From: Lingula anatina
Lineage: Eukaryota > Animalia > Brachiopoda
Assembly: GCA_051362555.1 (NCBI GenBank)
Contig: CM120646.1
Span: forward strand, 18,786,001-18,850,000
Length of the DNA stretch: 64,000 bases
Reading direction: 5' to 3'
The position numbers and the translations under genes are program-made. The notes under the pieces are model-generated. The model had not been told where the DNA came from, did not search any database, and worked only from the letters and a program-made list of their open reading frames with translations. Shown here piece by piece: positions 37,413 through 49,900 of the stretch (within the stretch, counting starts at the first letter, position 1; every line of letters begins with the position of its first letter).

Positions 37413-38999
37413 ATGTTTCGCTGTGCAGCTTCAAGTCTAACACGGAATGTAGCAAGGCAGAATACAGTCTTGGCACAGTGTCATAGAAACATAGGCATCA
37501 CTGCTGTACTAGGACAAAAAAGTGTATCAGATCCCATCCAACAGTTGTTTTTGGAAAAGGTCAGAGCTTACGACAAGGAATTGAAGTAAGTATTTCTTAT
37601 AACTCTACTTATGCTTATCTATGTAATGCTTAACAGCATCAAAATGTTGGAAAACCCTATTTTGGGCACTACTTCCATAGTGACCATTAAAAAAAGCCCT
37701 TGTCACTTACTCTTCTTAAACTTGCAGGAAAGAAACACAGGACTAAATTCATCCTGGGTTGCAAAAGCAGTCTAATTGGCTTCTTTTTCTATTGTACATT
37801 TTTTTGAAATTGTTATCTTTCACATATTGACATTTTCAGTGTGGGACTTGGAACTCCCACGGGCATGAAGCCCAGTGGTAATCAAATTTTCTAAATGTCC
37901 TTGTTATTAATAGAAGATAATTAAAAATTGGTGGTAATTATACAGTTAATCATTATGTAATATTGCATCAAAATTGACAAAAAGCCTATTCCGTGCACTG
38001 TCATCACAAACGTTATAAAAAGAAAACTGTGTTATTATTATTATAACTTACAAGAATGATTCTAAGGATTGACATACAGCTCAAATAAGAAAACCAGCTC
38101 TATTGTATTATCATCTTTTATTGAATTAATGCATTTTTTTGTGAAATTTTCATTTTTCTCATTCTATCAGTTTCTATGTGTGAACTTGAATTCTCATGGG
38201 CCTGAAGCCTTATGCTTTTACTTTCATCAGTATTACCTGTTGTGCATAATTAAAATGTGATGTTGACTTTGCATTTAAGCATAATGTATTATTGCATCAG
38301 AATTGACGATATCCTATTTTGTGCATTATTATTTTCTGCTTTTTGTCTGTACATTTGACAGCTTTGCTGCCTTGTTTCATTTCAGAGCAACTGGTAAACT
38401 GCCAGGTCTAACAAAAGAAGATGAAGCAGCTTTTGAGGACCGCCTTGAAAAATTGAGAAGACATTACAATGTTGTATCGGAGGCAGAGATGTTAGCTTTT
38501 CCAACTTTTAAATGGCAAGGTTTGTGTCATAAGCAGTCTGTGTGAGGGCAGAGATAATGCTGCAGGCTGGTTTAGTTTGTAGATAACTGTGGAATACGTC
38601 TTTGTTATTATTATTATTATTATTTTTTTTTTTTTAGTTAAGGAAAATGATTATCATTTAGAAAAAAATCTAGGAATAACTAAGCAGGGTATGCTGCTAA
38701 GATTGTCAGTTTCTTTTGACTCAGCAAGATGTGTACAATTCAATAAATTTCCCTGTTAGGCCTTGTAGATTTTATCCAACTAATAACGAACAATTTGTCC
38801 CTTGTGTGACATGGCCATCCATTTCTGTCACGCTGATGACTGTCTTCTCTTTTCAGATCCACCATTAGAAGCTATCAAGCCAGAAGGTATCATAGATGTC
38901 CAAGTGCCAGAGGATGAAAGGCTTATTCCTGAAAATTTTGATCCGTATTCGGAACCATTTTATTTCCAAGATGACTGCTGGGACTTCATGAAAAAATAA
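37413..38999 (+). CDS. ATP5PF: Mitochondrial ATP synthase peripheral stalk subunit F6 (coupling factor 6), ~149 aa
   Basis: Exons 37413-37585, 38386-38519 and 38857-38999 are in phase. Basic N-terminal presequence, RNIGITAV..DPIQQLFLEKVRAY, LEKLRRHY..MLAFPTFKWQDP. Confidence 0.9.
37830..38310 (-). repeat. Inverted copy of the GABPA-intron satellite in an ATP5PF intron
   Basis: 38178-38310 is the reverse complement of ~28195-28336; similarity continues to ~37830, matching ~28690. Confidence 0.75.
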
Positions 39000-40097
39000 T
39001 TTTACACATAGAATAATTAGAAAATAAAATGATAGTAATTTAAACAAACTGAAAAAACACTGTTATATGTTGCCAACGGATGAAATCATACTTTTTCATT
39101 TACTCCTATAAGTGAATATCTATGTTGGTGTTTATAAATTCACAAAGAAGAAATCACTCGATAGCACGTTAACATGAAGATTTGATGCATTTTCTGGCAC
39201 ATTTGCATAGAATGAACTCGAAGCCATGGATATTTTTCTTGCAAAGACTAAGAAGTAAACTAAAGCTTTCAGGAATACTTGCCAGCAAAAGAGAAAGAGA
39301 AAAAAAAAGCTCATCAAAAATTAAGGGCATGTAGAATACAACTTAATGTTACTTCACTTTACCTAGGGCATGCAAAAAGATGTGGAAAAATGTCTACACT
39401 ATGTGAACAGTTAGGTTCAATGAAATGTTTGTGATAATAAAGTGGCATCTTTTTTTGTTTGAATGAAAAATTGTAGTATTTTACTTCAATCTTGTTGAAA
39501 AAAATTTGCAGATAAGTCTAGAAAGATAACCTGTTAATATGTTGTGAAGACTACAAGTTGGGCAGTAACATTCCCCATCTTCGTTTATGGACAAGACCAT
39601 ACAAATGGGCAGATGACAGGATTTTGTGCACCTGTGAAGTAAATCTGTTTGGTAAAGGATTGAACTTTGAGAAAGAGAAGTTCTTTCACGCCGTTCCCCA
39701 TTTTCTGAGGAAGTGGGTGGGGGGTTCCTTGTTGCCCAAGCTTCCCTAATGACTAAGGCTCTTATTTATATAGTGATAAAAAGCGAAAATATACAGAATC
39801 CAACCCTCTTACCCTCACAGATAGCATCAAATTTTGCCAATTTGAAAAAATAAATAAGTAAAATAATTGGATTTAAAAACAAGCAAATTGAAGATTTTTT
39901 AAATAAAAATTCGTGACAGTTTAGTAATCAAATCTGATGTGCCACCAAGAGAAATTAAAATAATTTGATGATATTTCTTCCACGACATTAAAAAAAATTG
40001 GTATTTAGTGCATAATTAGTTTATTAACTGATCACAACTGGACTCTTGTCCTGTGTCATATTGCATTCTCAACAAGGACAACAAATGACAAATCTAA

Positions 40098-43000
40098 TTA
40101 ATCACTTTCATTATCACTTGTGGTGTCATGTGGATGTTTAGCTGTATTTTTACTTTTTGATTTATATTTTTTTAGAGAATCTTTTGAATGTTTACGTCTG
40201 TGTATATCTCTAGTGTCGCTCTGTGAATCGCTTGAATTACAGAAACTGTAGCACTTATTTCGGTGTCCTTTTTGTTGGACTGTGGAAAGCCCTGAAGATC
40301 TACTTCTTGGCCGTTTTTGTTCTTGTGATTTCACTCTGCTGTTATGAATTGAGGTGCTACTCTCTTGCATTTGAACTTCAGATGACCCTGCCTCAGCTTC
40401 GAAGAGTTTCTGTTTTCTCTGTAGCTGTTCATTTTCTACTGAACTGCCTTCACTCAAACATACATCATTTATGTGATGGCGATTTTTATTCTTTCGTTTT
40501 ATTGCATCTGATGAATCATTGCTTTTCTGTGATCCATGTCGCTGTTTTCTGGTTTTTCTGCTGTTTGATCTATCACAGTGACTATTTTCTGAACTGTCCG
40601 TTTCATAATGCCTTTTCTCTTTCTTAGACCCCGACTTCATTCTGTGCAAGCTGCCATGCATCTCAGAGTACTTCTCCGTATCAGAATTTCGTCTTCGAGT
40701 ATCTTTCTTCTCAACCACTGCATCCCTCAAATCTTTCCTATCAGGAGATCTATCTCTCCATTTTCTATCTCTTCTGCTGTACAAATTATCACTATCTGAA
40801 CTGTCTGTTTCGTAGTATTTCTTGTCCTTGTTTGACTGTGACTCTAATTTGTGCAAGGTGCCATTCATATTGCTGCACCTCTCTTTACTAGGGCTGAGTC
40901 TACGTTTCCTTTTGTCAACTAGATCTGAAGTATCTTTTCTTCCAGAGGATCTATGTTTCCGTTTTTTAGCTTTTCTGGTGTATGAGTCAATACTATCTTC
41001 TGAACTGTCTGTTTCATCATTTTTCCTCTCTTCCTTTGACCCTGACTCTTTTTTGTGTGAGCTGCCATTCTTCTCCCTGTGTCTCTTCTCTCTAGATTTG
41101 TGTCTGTGTTTATGTTTCTTCTTTTTCTTCTTCCCTTCTTTCTTTCTAAAATGTGAAAAAATATCATCATTTGTGCCTTATAATCACAGATGCTTAAGTT
41201 TATATATTTTGCTTAATATCTAGTTACAAGGGACCAAAACAACTGAATTTTTATTATGCTATGGCATCACCTTCATCAGTGCAGTCAGATCCTATGCATG
41301 TAATTAAAGATAAAATGCTATATCAGAGCACATTTCAGTGTTTTAATTCTGATAGAAACAAGATCTACCTAATAGTATCAATCTGTATAGCTCTGTAGAT
41401 CTATTTAGCTATACCACATACATACAAATGTATTACAATACCATGTCGACTTCCATCTGTGATACTTTCTAACTCAGATGTAAAAATGTTACAAATCAAA
41501 TCACATAGCACACACCATGAAGATAACATGCTTTCATAAACATAACACATTCTACTATACTAAGATTAATATCAAACATTCAAATATTTTCACTGAACAG
41601 TGTGGTTTCACTATCATTTTACCTTCTTTCTCCGCTCCTACTTCTCTTCCTACTACCTTCATCGTCTGATCTATCACTGGCAAACTCATCAGGGTACATT
41701 TCTTTGTACCCTGCATGCCCCCACCTGTGATATAGATAAATAATGAAATAGTAATGTTGAGAACTATTTAAAAACATTCTTGTCTGCATTTTACATGATC
41801 AACTTAAACTTATGTACATTCTTTATGAAGTTTGTTTTTAAGTTGGAAAATTATAAATTTTAGCATTACTTTTTACACCTGAGTAACTATCTCATTTGCC
41901 TTTCACAAGGACGGACAAATGATCAAAAAATGTTGTCTGTAAACCTATCTACAGGCAGATAATGTTGCTTTGTACAATCCACTGCCATCAGATAAATAGC
42001 TGGGTGAAGGGAAGGAGGCATGACAGATCAGCAACTGCCCCAATCTCACCTTAACTTTTTTATTTTTTGGATCAGCAATAATTACCTATGCCAATGAAGT
42101 TGATGTTTTCATCAGAATTTGGGTGTTAGTTTGTTGAAAAAAAAAATTACCATAGGAGTTCTGATGAAACCTCCACAATAAATAGATATTTAAAAGCAAA
42201 AGTAGTTATTACAATTTTAACTGAATCCTTGTCTCCTAATATTTGCAAAATGATATTTTATTTTATGGCATTGGCTAAGGTCTGCACCACCAGAGTGCTT
42301 TCAACTTTCATCATAAAAATGTACTTTTATAACCAAACAAAAGATTGACAGGAACACTGACAGTTTATTAAATTCACTTTTCCATGTAGTAGACAGCTAA
42401 TGTAGGCATATTTTTGATCGAATGAAGTCCACCCAAATGTACCACTAATAATAACCTGTCAGGATCTTTCTCCTCAAATTTCTGCAGCTGCCTCATCCAG
42501 AATGTGCTCTCGGTCGTCCTGCCATCTTCCTCATCCATGTGTGCCCGCCTGTTCAGTCTCCTAGGTGGAGACACTTCACCTACATGACAATCAAAGGTTT
42601 CAATATTTTTTCACCAAAGACTAGTGTAATATTAACCAAAAGCTGATAATAACTATTAAACATCTGCCTACTAGTACTAGTATTTTTTTAGTTATTTTTC
42701 CTTATTTGAAGTAAGGAAAATATCTTTTATTGCTTTGACAAAAATGCTTGATATTACCCAACTTTATTTTGGCACATAACTGTAAGTCATTAAAAAACAA
42801 CCATCATGAAACCTTCAGACACTTTGTTTTGATAGATTGTGTGTAACTATATGTTTAGATATCACTTCTCAAGAAGTCGAATCATTTCTATTGAAATTTC
42901 TTTCTTACGGCTGTCCATAGAGTCTGCCATCCTGTCCAGTAGTCTCCTGTGTGGGCTACCTCTCCACTGACCAGTGCCCACTCTGTCCAGTTGGCTGGAC

Positions 43001-43340
43001 CTCTTACTGGCTTCATGCTGCTGCCACATTTGTTCCTCTTCCACTCTCTGAAACAACGTAGGAAATTTGCAATCAAGAGGTGGTATTTTCTTGAGCAGGT
43101 TTTAACTCAATGGTAATATATTCAAGATTTTCCTGCCAAATGAACTTTCATCAAGGAAAAAGCAACTTTTCTCCAACAAATAAATCATTGCCAATCACCT
43201 CCCAATTTCCAAAATCATTCAGTATACAAATAAAAATTCTGAAGATGCTATGGGTGATCATTTAGTCTGCATACCCTGTTATGAGATCCTGTGTGTCTGA
43301 TGAGATTGGAGAGCAGTTTTTTCCCATCACGGGACACCAT
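40098..43340 (-). CDS. NKAPD1: NKAP domain-containing 1 (C11orf57) homolog, ~492 aa
   Basis: Exons 43340-43275, 43047-42909, 42579-42456, 41724-41623 and 41145-40098 are in phase. GKKLLSNLIRHTGSHNRRVEEEQMW and [22 protein letters not shown] match the recalled NKAPD1 motifs; long K/R/S-rich tail. Confidence 0.88.
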
Positions 43341-43799
43341 GGTTCATGTTCTAGTTCCTGTGCCTTTCAATATGCTGAAAAAATATATCAAAATAGTGCT
43401 GTTTCAATGCTGATATGTCATGTATAATGTATCATTTGAAAATAAACATATAATACTAAATTACAGTAAATTATTAATTTACCATTCTATAAATTACCAG
43501 CATAACACACTGAGAAATAACACGTTTAAATAACACGCATTACCATTGTAATAAAAATAGATAAATCACTAACCGTTTTAAGAGTTTACAACAAGTTAAC
43601 AAAGGCAGAGACTAAAAATTGTAAAAAATTAAAAGTAACGGCACCTTCAAGATGATCTTGCTTCATCACGGTCACTTGAACTGAATGCGGGAATGCGCTT
43701 GTCGCACAAAAATTATCAAACGAACAGGAGCGTCTCAATCAAAAATGAAAAATAGAAACCAAACTAAAGCCTTCAATAATACCATTGGAATCAGAGCTC

Positions 43800-43980
43800 A
43801 CCTTTGCGAGTAAATTGATATTTTCGAGACGAAACCCCACCGGCAAAATTCTAAATTTGGCTTCCACTGTGAACTACGTCAAGCGTCTTGTTTGCGCAAA
43901 TAATGATGACGTAGTACACACCGGCAGTAGAAATACTGTTGCGAGGGAAGCAGTTTCTTCAAGTTTTCCAGCTGAAAAGT
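43800..43980. promoter_or_regulatory. Compact bidirectional promoter and non-coding first exons of NKAPD1 and PIH1D2
   Basis: Minus-strand donor AAG|GTGAGC at 43801 and plus-strand donor AAA|GTAAGT at 43979; CpG-richer patch with TTTGCGCAAA and TGACGT motifs. Confidence 0.6.
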
Positions 43981-44513
43981 AAGTCCATATGCCTGCATTG
44001 TATGATATGAATCCGATGCAAAGAGCGATACACAGATAGTTGGTACTCATAATTTTGAAAATTGACAAAAATATAAATCTATCGTGTTACTAATCAAAAT
44101 GGTAAGGCAAGGTGGAACTTGATTTTAATTAGGCTACTGGTGCTAGTACATATGTACATGTACTAGTAATTGTCTCAGCTGTTCATTCAGAAGAAAGGCT
44201 CTGACCTGTCTGTGAAGTATGTGCATGCAGTTACAGTGCCAATACCACATATTGAGCTCTTTTGAGCTCTGTAAAAGTAAGAAGACACTATGGTTATCGT
44301 ATTTGGTACTTATTCTACGTGTACCTTTTTTTCGCGTTTGACGAATTTGGCCTGAAGTAACTTGAAATACATGTTATTTAATGTAGTCCTTTCTAATAAA
44401 TACAGATTTGTATACACAACTGAATTGTTTATTTCATTTTACTCTGCATAATTCACTTTACAATTAATGTTGTACTTTTGTGATTGATTTTTAGGTTTTG
44501 CGTTGAGAACACC

Positions 44514-46572
44514 ATGACATCTGAAGAAGATAACAGTAAGATGCTCCGGGAGGCACAGAGGGTGTGGTCTATGTTGGATGATATGTCAGAGAACAACCCA
44601 GCAGCCTACAGAAAGTTTATAGACAAACATGTGAAAGAGGGGAAAGAGTTTTTAAAACCACCTCAGCCATGCATGTGTGTGAAGACAGGAATCCTTGTAA
44701 GAATATATTTCTGTATGCATGAGCGTCTTTATTAGGTGAAGTGGATTAATGTAAAAGTCAGTTTCAGAGTTCTTTGAGGGAATTCTCTTCACTCTGCTGC
44801 ATCTTAAAATTAAGAAGATTTTTTTTTGCAAAAGCCAGGACAGATAAGGACATTAATGCTAATGAGTGGGCTCAGAGAGTGTCAGCATTTTTGATAATTG
44901 TGTTCCAAATTTATATGAGTATATGAGTAAAATTTAAATTGAATCCTATAATAGTCATATCAGTTTGCATCTTTTTAAAAACAATCTTTTTTTAGTAATT
45001 GCTACCTAGTCCAAATCACCTTTTCCTTTTTTTTTTATAAATATCACAAATTGAAGTTTTGATGCACTTGAAAAGTTATAACTGTTCTATTTTCTTCAGA
45101 AGGAGGGTTATATTACTGAGAAGCTGTATGTCAGTGTATTTGGGTGGAACAGAGTCCCCAAACCAAAGATATATGACACAGACCCTATACCTGTTATGGG
45201 GTCTAAGATCATGACTTCAAGAGATGAAGAAGATGGTATTTTTGATATTATTCTGTTTCTGTTTTATTGTTCACATGAATATATATATTTTAGCTTATAT
45301 TTGACTTTTTTCATTGCGAAATGGGAAATCATCACATTTAAAGTGTATATTGAAAGAATGTACTCTATGTCACCTCAGTTTGATTAATAATGTTTTCATA
45401 TTACAATTTTAATCTCACTTCATATTTTTTTTCAAGTTGTCTTTATGTGAGATAGTGTTTCTGCTATATTTTGGTGAATTTTAGCATATTATAAAAAATA
45501 CTTGTAAAGCTTATGTTACTGCATTCCATTTTCTTCCAGAGGATATTAAAGTTGTATCCATAGCCTTTAACCCACAGATTGTGCAAGACTATGGCCATGA
45601 AGCTGAAAATCCTGCTGAAAGAGATGCTTTGATTAACCTGGGACTTGACTATGTACAGGACCAGCAGAAAGTGACCATCTCAAGGAATTACAAATTACTC
45701 GACGAAAGCACTCTTTATAAAGGCGACCTTGCCCAGCTTAGACAGGGCTTGACTCAGAGATTTCAAAAAGAGGATGATGAGTATAATAAACAGATGTCAG
45801 ATTTGCAAAAAATGTTCGGCCCTATTGCAGAATCAAATGAGAGCTTAATTGGACAGCTTTCCAATCTTACTTCTGATGATTCCAAAGTGAAGTCATCTCC
45901 TCCGGTCCAAAAAGAAACAGAGATCAGAGTACCTGGGCTTTCAAAACAACCAAGTAAAAACACAAATAAAGCAAATTTGATCCAAGAGGTCTCCAGTTCA
46001 GGGGAAAAAGATGGATGCACTCCTAAACATGAGATGTGTGTAAAAGACAGCACTGGTTCCAAGCCAAGGAGAGTAGAGGTCAAAGTTCACCTGCCAGAAG
46101 TGGGTTCCGTTCAAGAATGTGAACTTGACATATCAGAGGCAAGTATTTTTTAATATGTCACAAGCATTTTTTAATATGCAACCAAGGCAAATTGTCTTAA
46201 AGTTTAGGATAAGGGAAGTCACTGCTGTGACATTGTGGCTAATACAAGTTTATGCAAATAATTTCTATGAGGTATAAGACGTTAAATATTACAAAATAAA
46301 AACCAGATTTTTCCTAAGATTGTTCAAAACCCAAAATCAGAATTCAAGTGAGGGAACTTCAGCATAACATTTTGCTTTTATTTCATTATTCAACTGTTTT
46401 GACAAGACCATGTATATTGATGTTGCAGGATGATTTATCCCTGACAGTAGCTGAAAAATATGAACTGAAAGTAACATTTCCAGAGAAAATCAGAGACACA
46501 CATTCCAGTGCCAAGTTCAGTACCAAGTCTCACACATTAACAGTGAATTTACCGACTATCAAGCAGAGCTGA
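44514..46572 (+). CDS. PIH1D2: PIH1 domain-containing protein 2, ~353 aa
   Basis: Exons 44514-44696, 45100-45235, 45540-46138 (GC donor) and 46429-46572. Motifs VWSMLDDMSENNPAAYRKFIDK, WNRVPKP..DPIPVMG, and a C-terminal CS-like domain (VHLPEVGSVQECELDISEDDL..SSAKFSTKSHTLTVNLP). Confidence 0.9.
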
Positions 46573-46925
46573 GGGCCTTGTGGCAGCAATGTTTTTTTTT
46601 TTTTAACTTTGGCTCTTCATGGACTCTAACTGACTGAGACATCAAAACTGGCAAATTTACAGACACCAAACTGCAAAAGAATTGCAACAATACATACAAA
46701 CAAGACAGCAAACCTGTCAGATGGACTGATAAATTAGTAGAAATGTCAAAACGGACAGGCTATGGAAATTTGTAAATGTAGGAGCTGGTCCTCATCAGCT
46801 CTGAATATCAGCTAACCCCAAAAGCAGTTCTGAATGAATAAATAAATGAATGCTGCATTTTAATTTCAGTTAAATTTTTGTTTTTCCTAATGCTGTCATA
46901 TTGTTCTATCAATGTTAGTTGTATC

Positions 46926-49900
46926 TCATGCTGCCCAGGCTGGGTCATATACCAGGGGGAAGAACTGCCCTTCCATCTTGTTGCCCTAAAATGTAAATAA
47001 CCGAGTTAATACAATTTCAAACTATGTTCACATACACATATGCCATTCAGTGGTATTGTGTGGCCATTTTAAATAACTTCCGGTGAAATACAAATCACTG
47101 AGAGCATGCAGCTTTTAATGTCAAATTCAAAATTACTTTGTACCCTCTTTCTCTCCATGTTTTTAAATTGTAGAAATCAGATTTTCAAAAGAGCAGCAGT
47201 TGTTTCACTTGAGAGATAGTTTCATAATAATAGTAATTTAGACATATAAACTTTATAATTTGATATTTGAAGTCATAATAAGACACGTCCTGCCTTTAGA
47301 ATCACAGTCACTGTAATTACTTAAAAATCATTATTGATATTTTCACACCTTTGGAATTTTCCCCTCATTCAGGAGTTCCTCAACAATATTTTCATCAGTA
47401 TCTGTCCCACTTGTTGCTCTGATCATGAAGTCATCAGTGTTGCTAAGCACACCGTCAGCAAAATAGTTTAATACCGCAGCACGTCTTGGACCATTGGACC
47501 TAAAGAAGTGCAAAAATTTACCCATATATTTGCCAGTTTTATCCTATTAAATAGATGGGGACCAACAGTTAGACCCTATTCCCAGAGATTAGATCGATCC
47601 AAACTAGATCGACCTAACTCCCTGGGGGTTCACGCTAAATAGCTGTTAGCCGAGCGGGCATGAAAGTTAATTACCCCCTTACAGCTTGTAGTAGGCGGGA
47701 CGGACATTTAAGCTGGATTATCTGACAGTAATCTAGTGAGACTCCCAATGGGTATAGATCGATCTAAATGTCTGGGAATACGCCCTTAAACTGAGATGTA
47801 TAACCTTTAACACCAAACATTCATCTGTTGAAAACTGTCCATTTATAAACCAAAAATTAATGTTTTAATAAATTGAATAATAAATTAACCCATGGAGAAC
47901 ATTCTTGTCATCTATCAATTTAGAAAGATATATTAAGTATGAATAAATGTGTAGTTATTGATGAAGGGAGAAAACTATTAACATTTTACAAAACACTTAC
48001 AAGTAGTGATAGAACCTTTTTGACAATATAATTTATCTGTCCATTTTTCTTTCTTCATATATAATACATTAAAAAAATACTTTTTATACTCTCTACACAG
48101 GAGAAGATGACAAACCTACTTCATAGAACTCACCTGTTTCCATAAGAGCCATGCACTGAGAGGGCATGGTGAAAGCTGGCATGGCCTTTCTTCAGTAGAC
48201 TGGGCACAGGCTTGAAGGCTGCCTTCTCCTCCTCTGACAGAATTGTCTACAAATAAGAAAAGAATATATTAAAATGATAGTGACAGTTTCTTCAAACAAC
48301 AGCATAGGTCAGAGTTTTTTTAGTCCAATATTAAAATAAATTAATCCCAGTTAAGCTACTGTTAAAGAGACTATTATTGTAACAGCTGAATAAAATGTTC
48401 TGCTAGAATGTACAGGTATTAAAAAAGTTGAACTGAAGTTGAAATAAAAATGGAGGAAAAGTGGAATGTCCTGAAGAAAGAATATCCCCTTACTGTTTGC
48501 CATGTTATAATATCAAATTAGTTCTTATTTCTGGCATAAATTGAAAATTGCAGCTTCAAATAAAACATCGAACCCAATCAAATGTATATGGATGTAGCAA
48601 TAAATTATAAAGTGAATAAAATAAGTATAATAAAATGAAAAGATTCCCCCTACCTTAATACCTTCCATATCCTTGAAATTAAAGTCCAAGACAGGAAGAG
48701 GGCCTCCGTCTCTGGTCCACCTGAGCATGCAATGTTTTAAATGTTCCTATAACTCTTTATTTAATATCTTGATAAGTGTGGATTAATTCATTACATGTCT
48801 TTGATCCACACCTGAATCATTTCTGTCTACTTGTCACTTGTCAAAACAGGCCTCATAAAACTTCTAGTCCAAATCAAAATTTACTAGTCTAAGCTAGAAT
48901 TGCCACTAGTCCAATTTAACTAGTTATTGTGAAAAGTCAAGTTTCTTTTAAAAATCCACTGCTGAATTTACTTTTCAAATGCAAAGGACTAGTGGCTGTC
49001 TCAGGTGGCATCTCACTTAGGATAGAAGATAATATTCTCGGTTCTAGATCTCACCAATTATGTGTAAAAAAAATCACAAAATGTCGTGCACATGCCACAT
49101 GCACTAGCACTAAACAGATCTTGATCCAAAAGCCCTGATTAATTAATAAAAAAAAAACTAATCAAATATACTTATAATATTATAATCATAGCTTTTTAGT
49201 TGTGGTACAGGGTGTCGTATTGTGGACCAGATTTTACTGACTTACTTACAGTACTACATAACTGACCTGTGGGATCCAGGTATGTACTGCAGACAGCCAT
49301 TTTCCTCCGTCTGTTCATCGAGGGCAATATGAACCTGATGGAAGAGCTCTCATTATTTATCTTATTGGACTTTTAATTAATATCTTACTGAGGGTTACTG
49401 GCATAGTGATGTTCAATATCAAATGCTACAATGTAACAAACAGTGTCAACAAGTCGGCAAAAGAAAGAAACATCTTGATTTAACTTCTATAATGACTGTT
49501 CATAAGAACCTAAGACTAAGACTGGGTTCCCATTCCTAGATCGATCCATCTGGATCGGTGTAACTCCCTGGGGAGTCTCACTAAATTACCATCAACTAAC
49601 CTGCTTAAATGTCTGTCATGCCTACATGTGCCTAATCAGCTAGGGGACAAAGATAATTACCTCCTAACAGCTTTACTAGACATTTAAGCAGGTTAAGTTG
49701 ATAACAATTTAGTGAGACTCCCCAGGGAGATAGATCGATCCAAATATCTGTGGGAATGGTCCCTAAATTGTTTTTTCCCTGAGATCTTTCAGATAGTATA
49801 TTACTAAAACCAATGTGACCACTGCACGGGTGTATGTATAGAAGACTAAGAAGTACAAAATAATTTAAATTAATTGACAGTCTGCATTTTAAATTATTCT

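Noticed and set aside
40223-41223. Plus-strand ORFs of 134, 63 and 133 aa
   Set aside because: Antisense shadows of the purine-rich NKAPD1 last exon.
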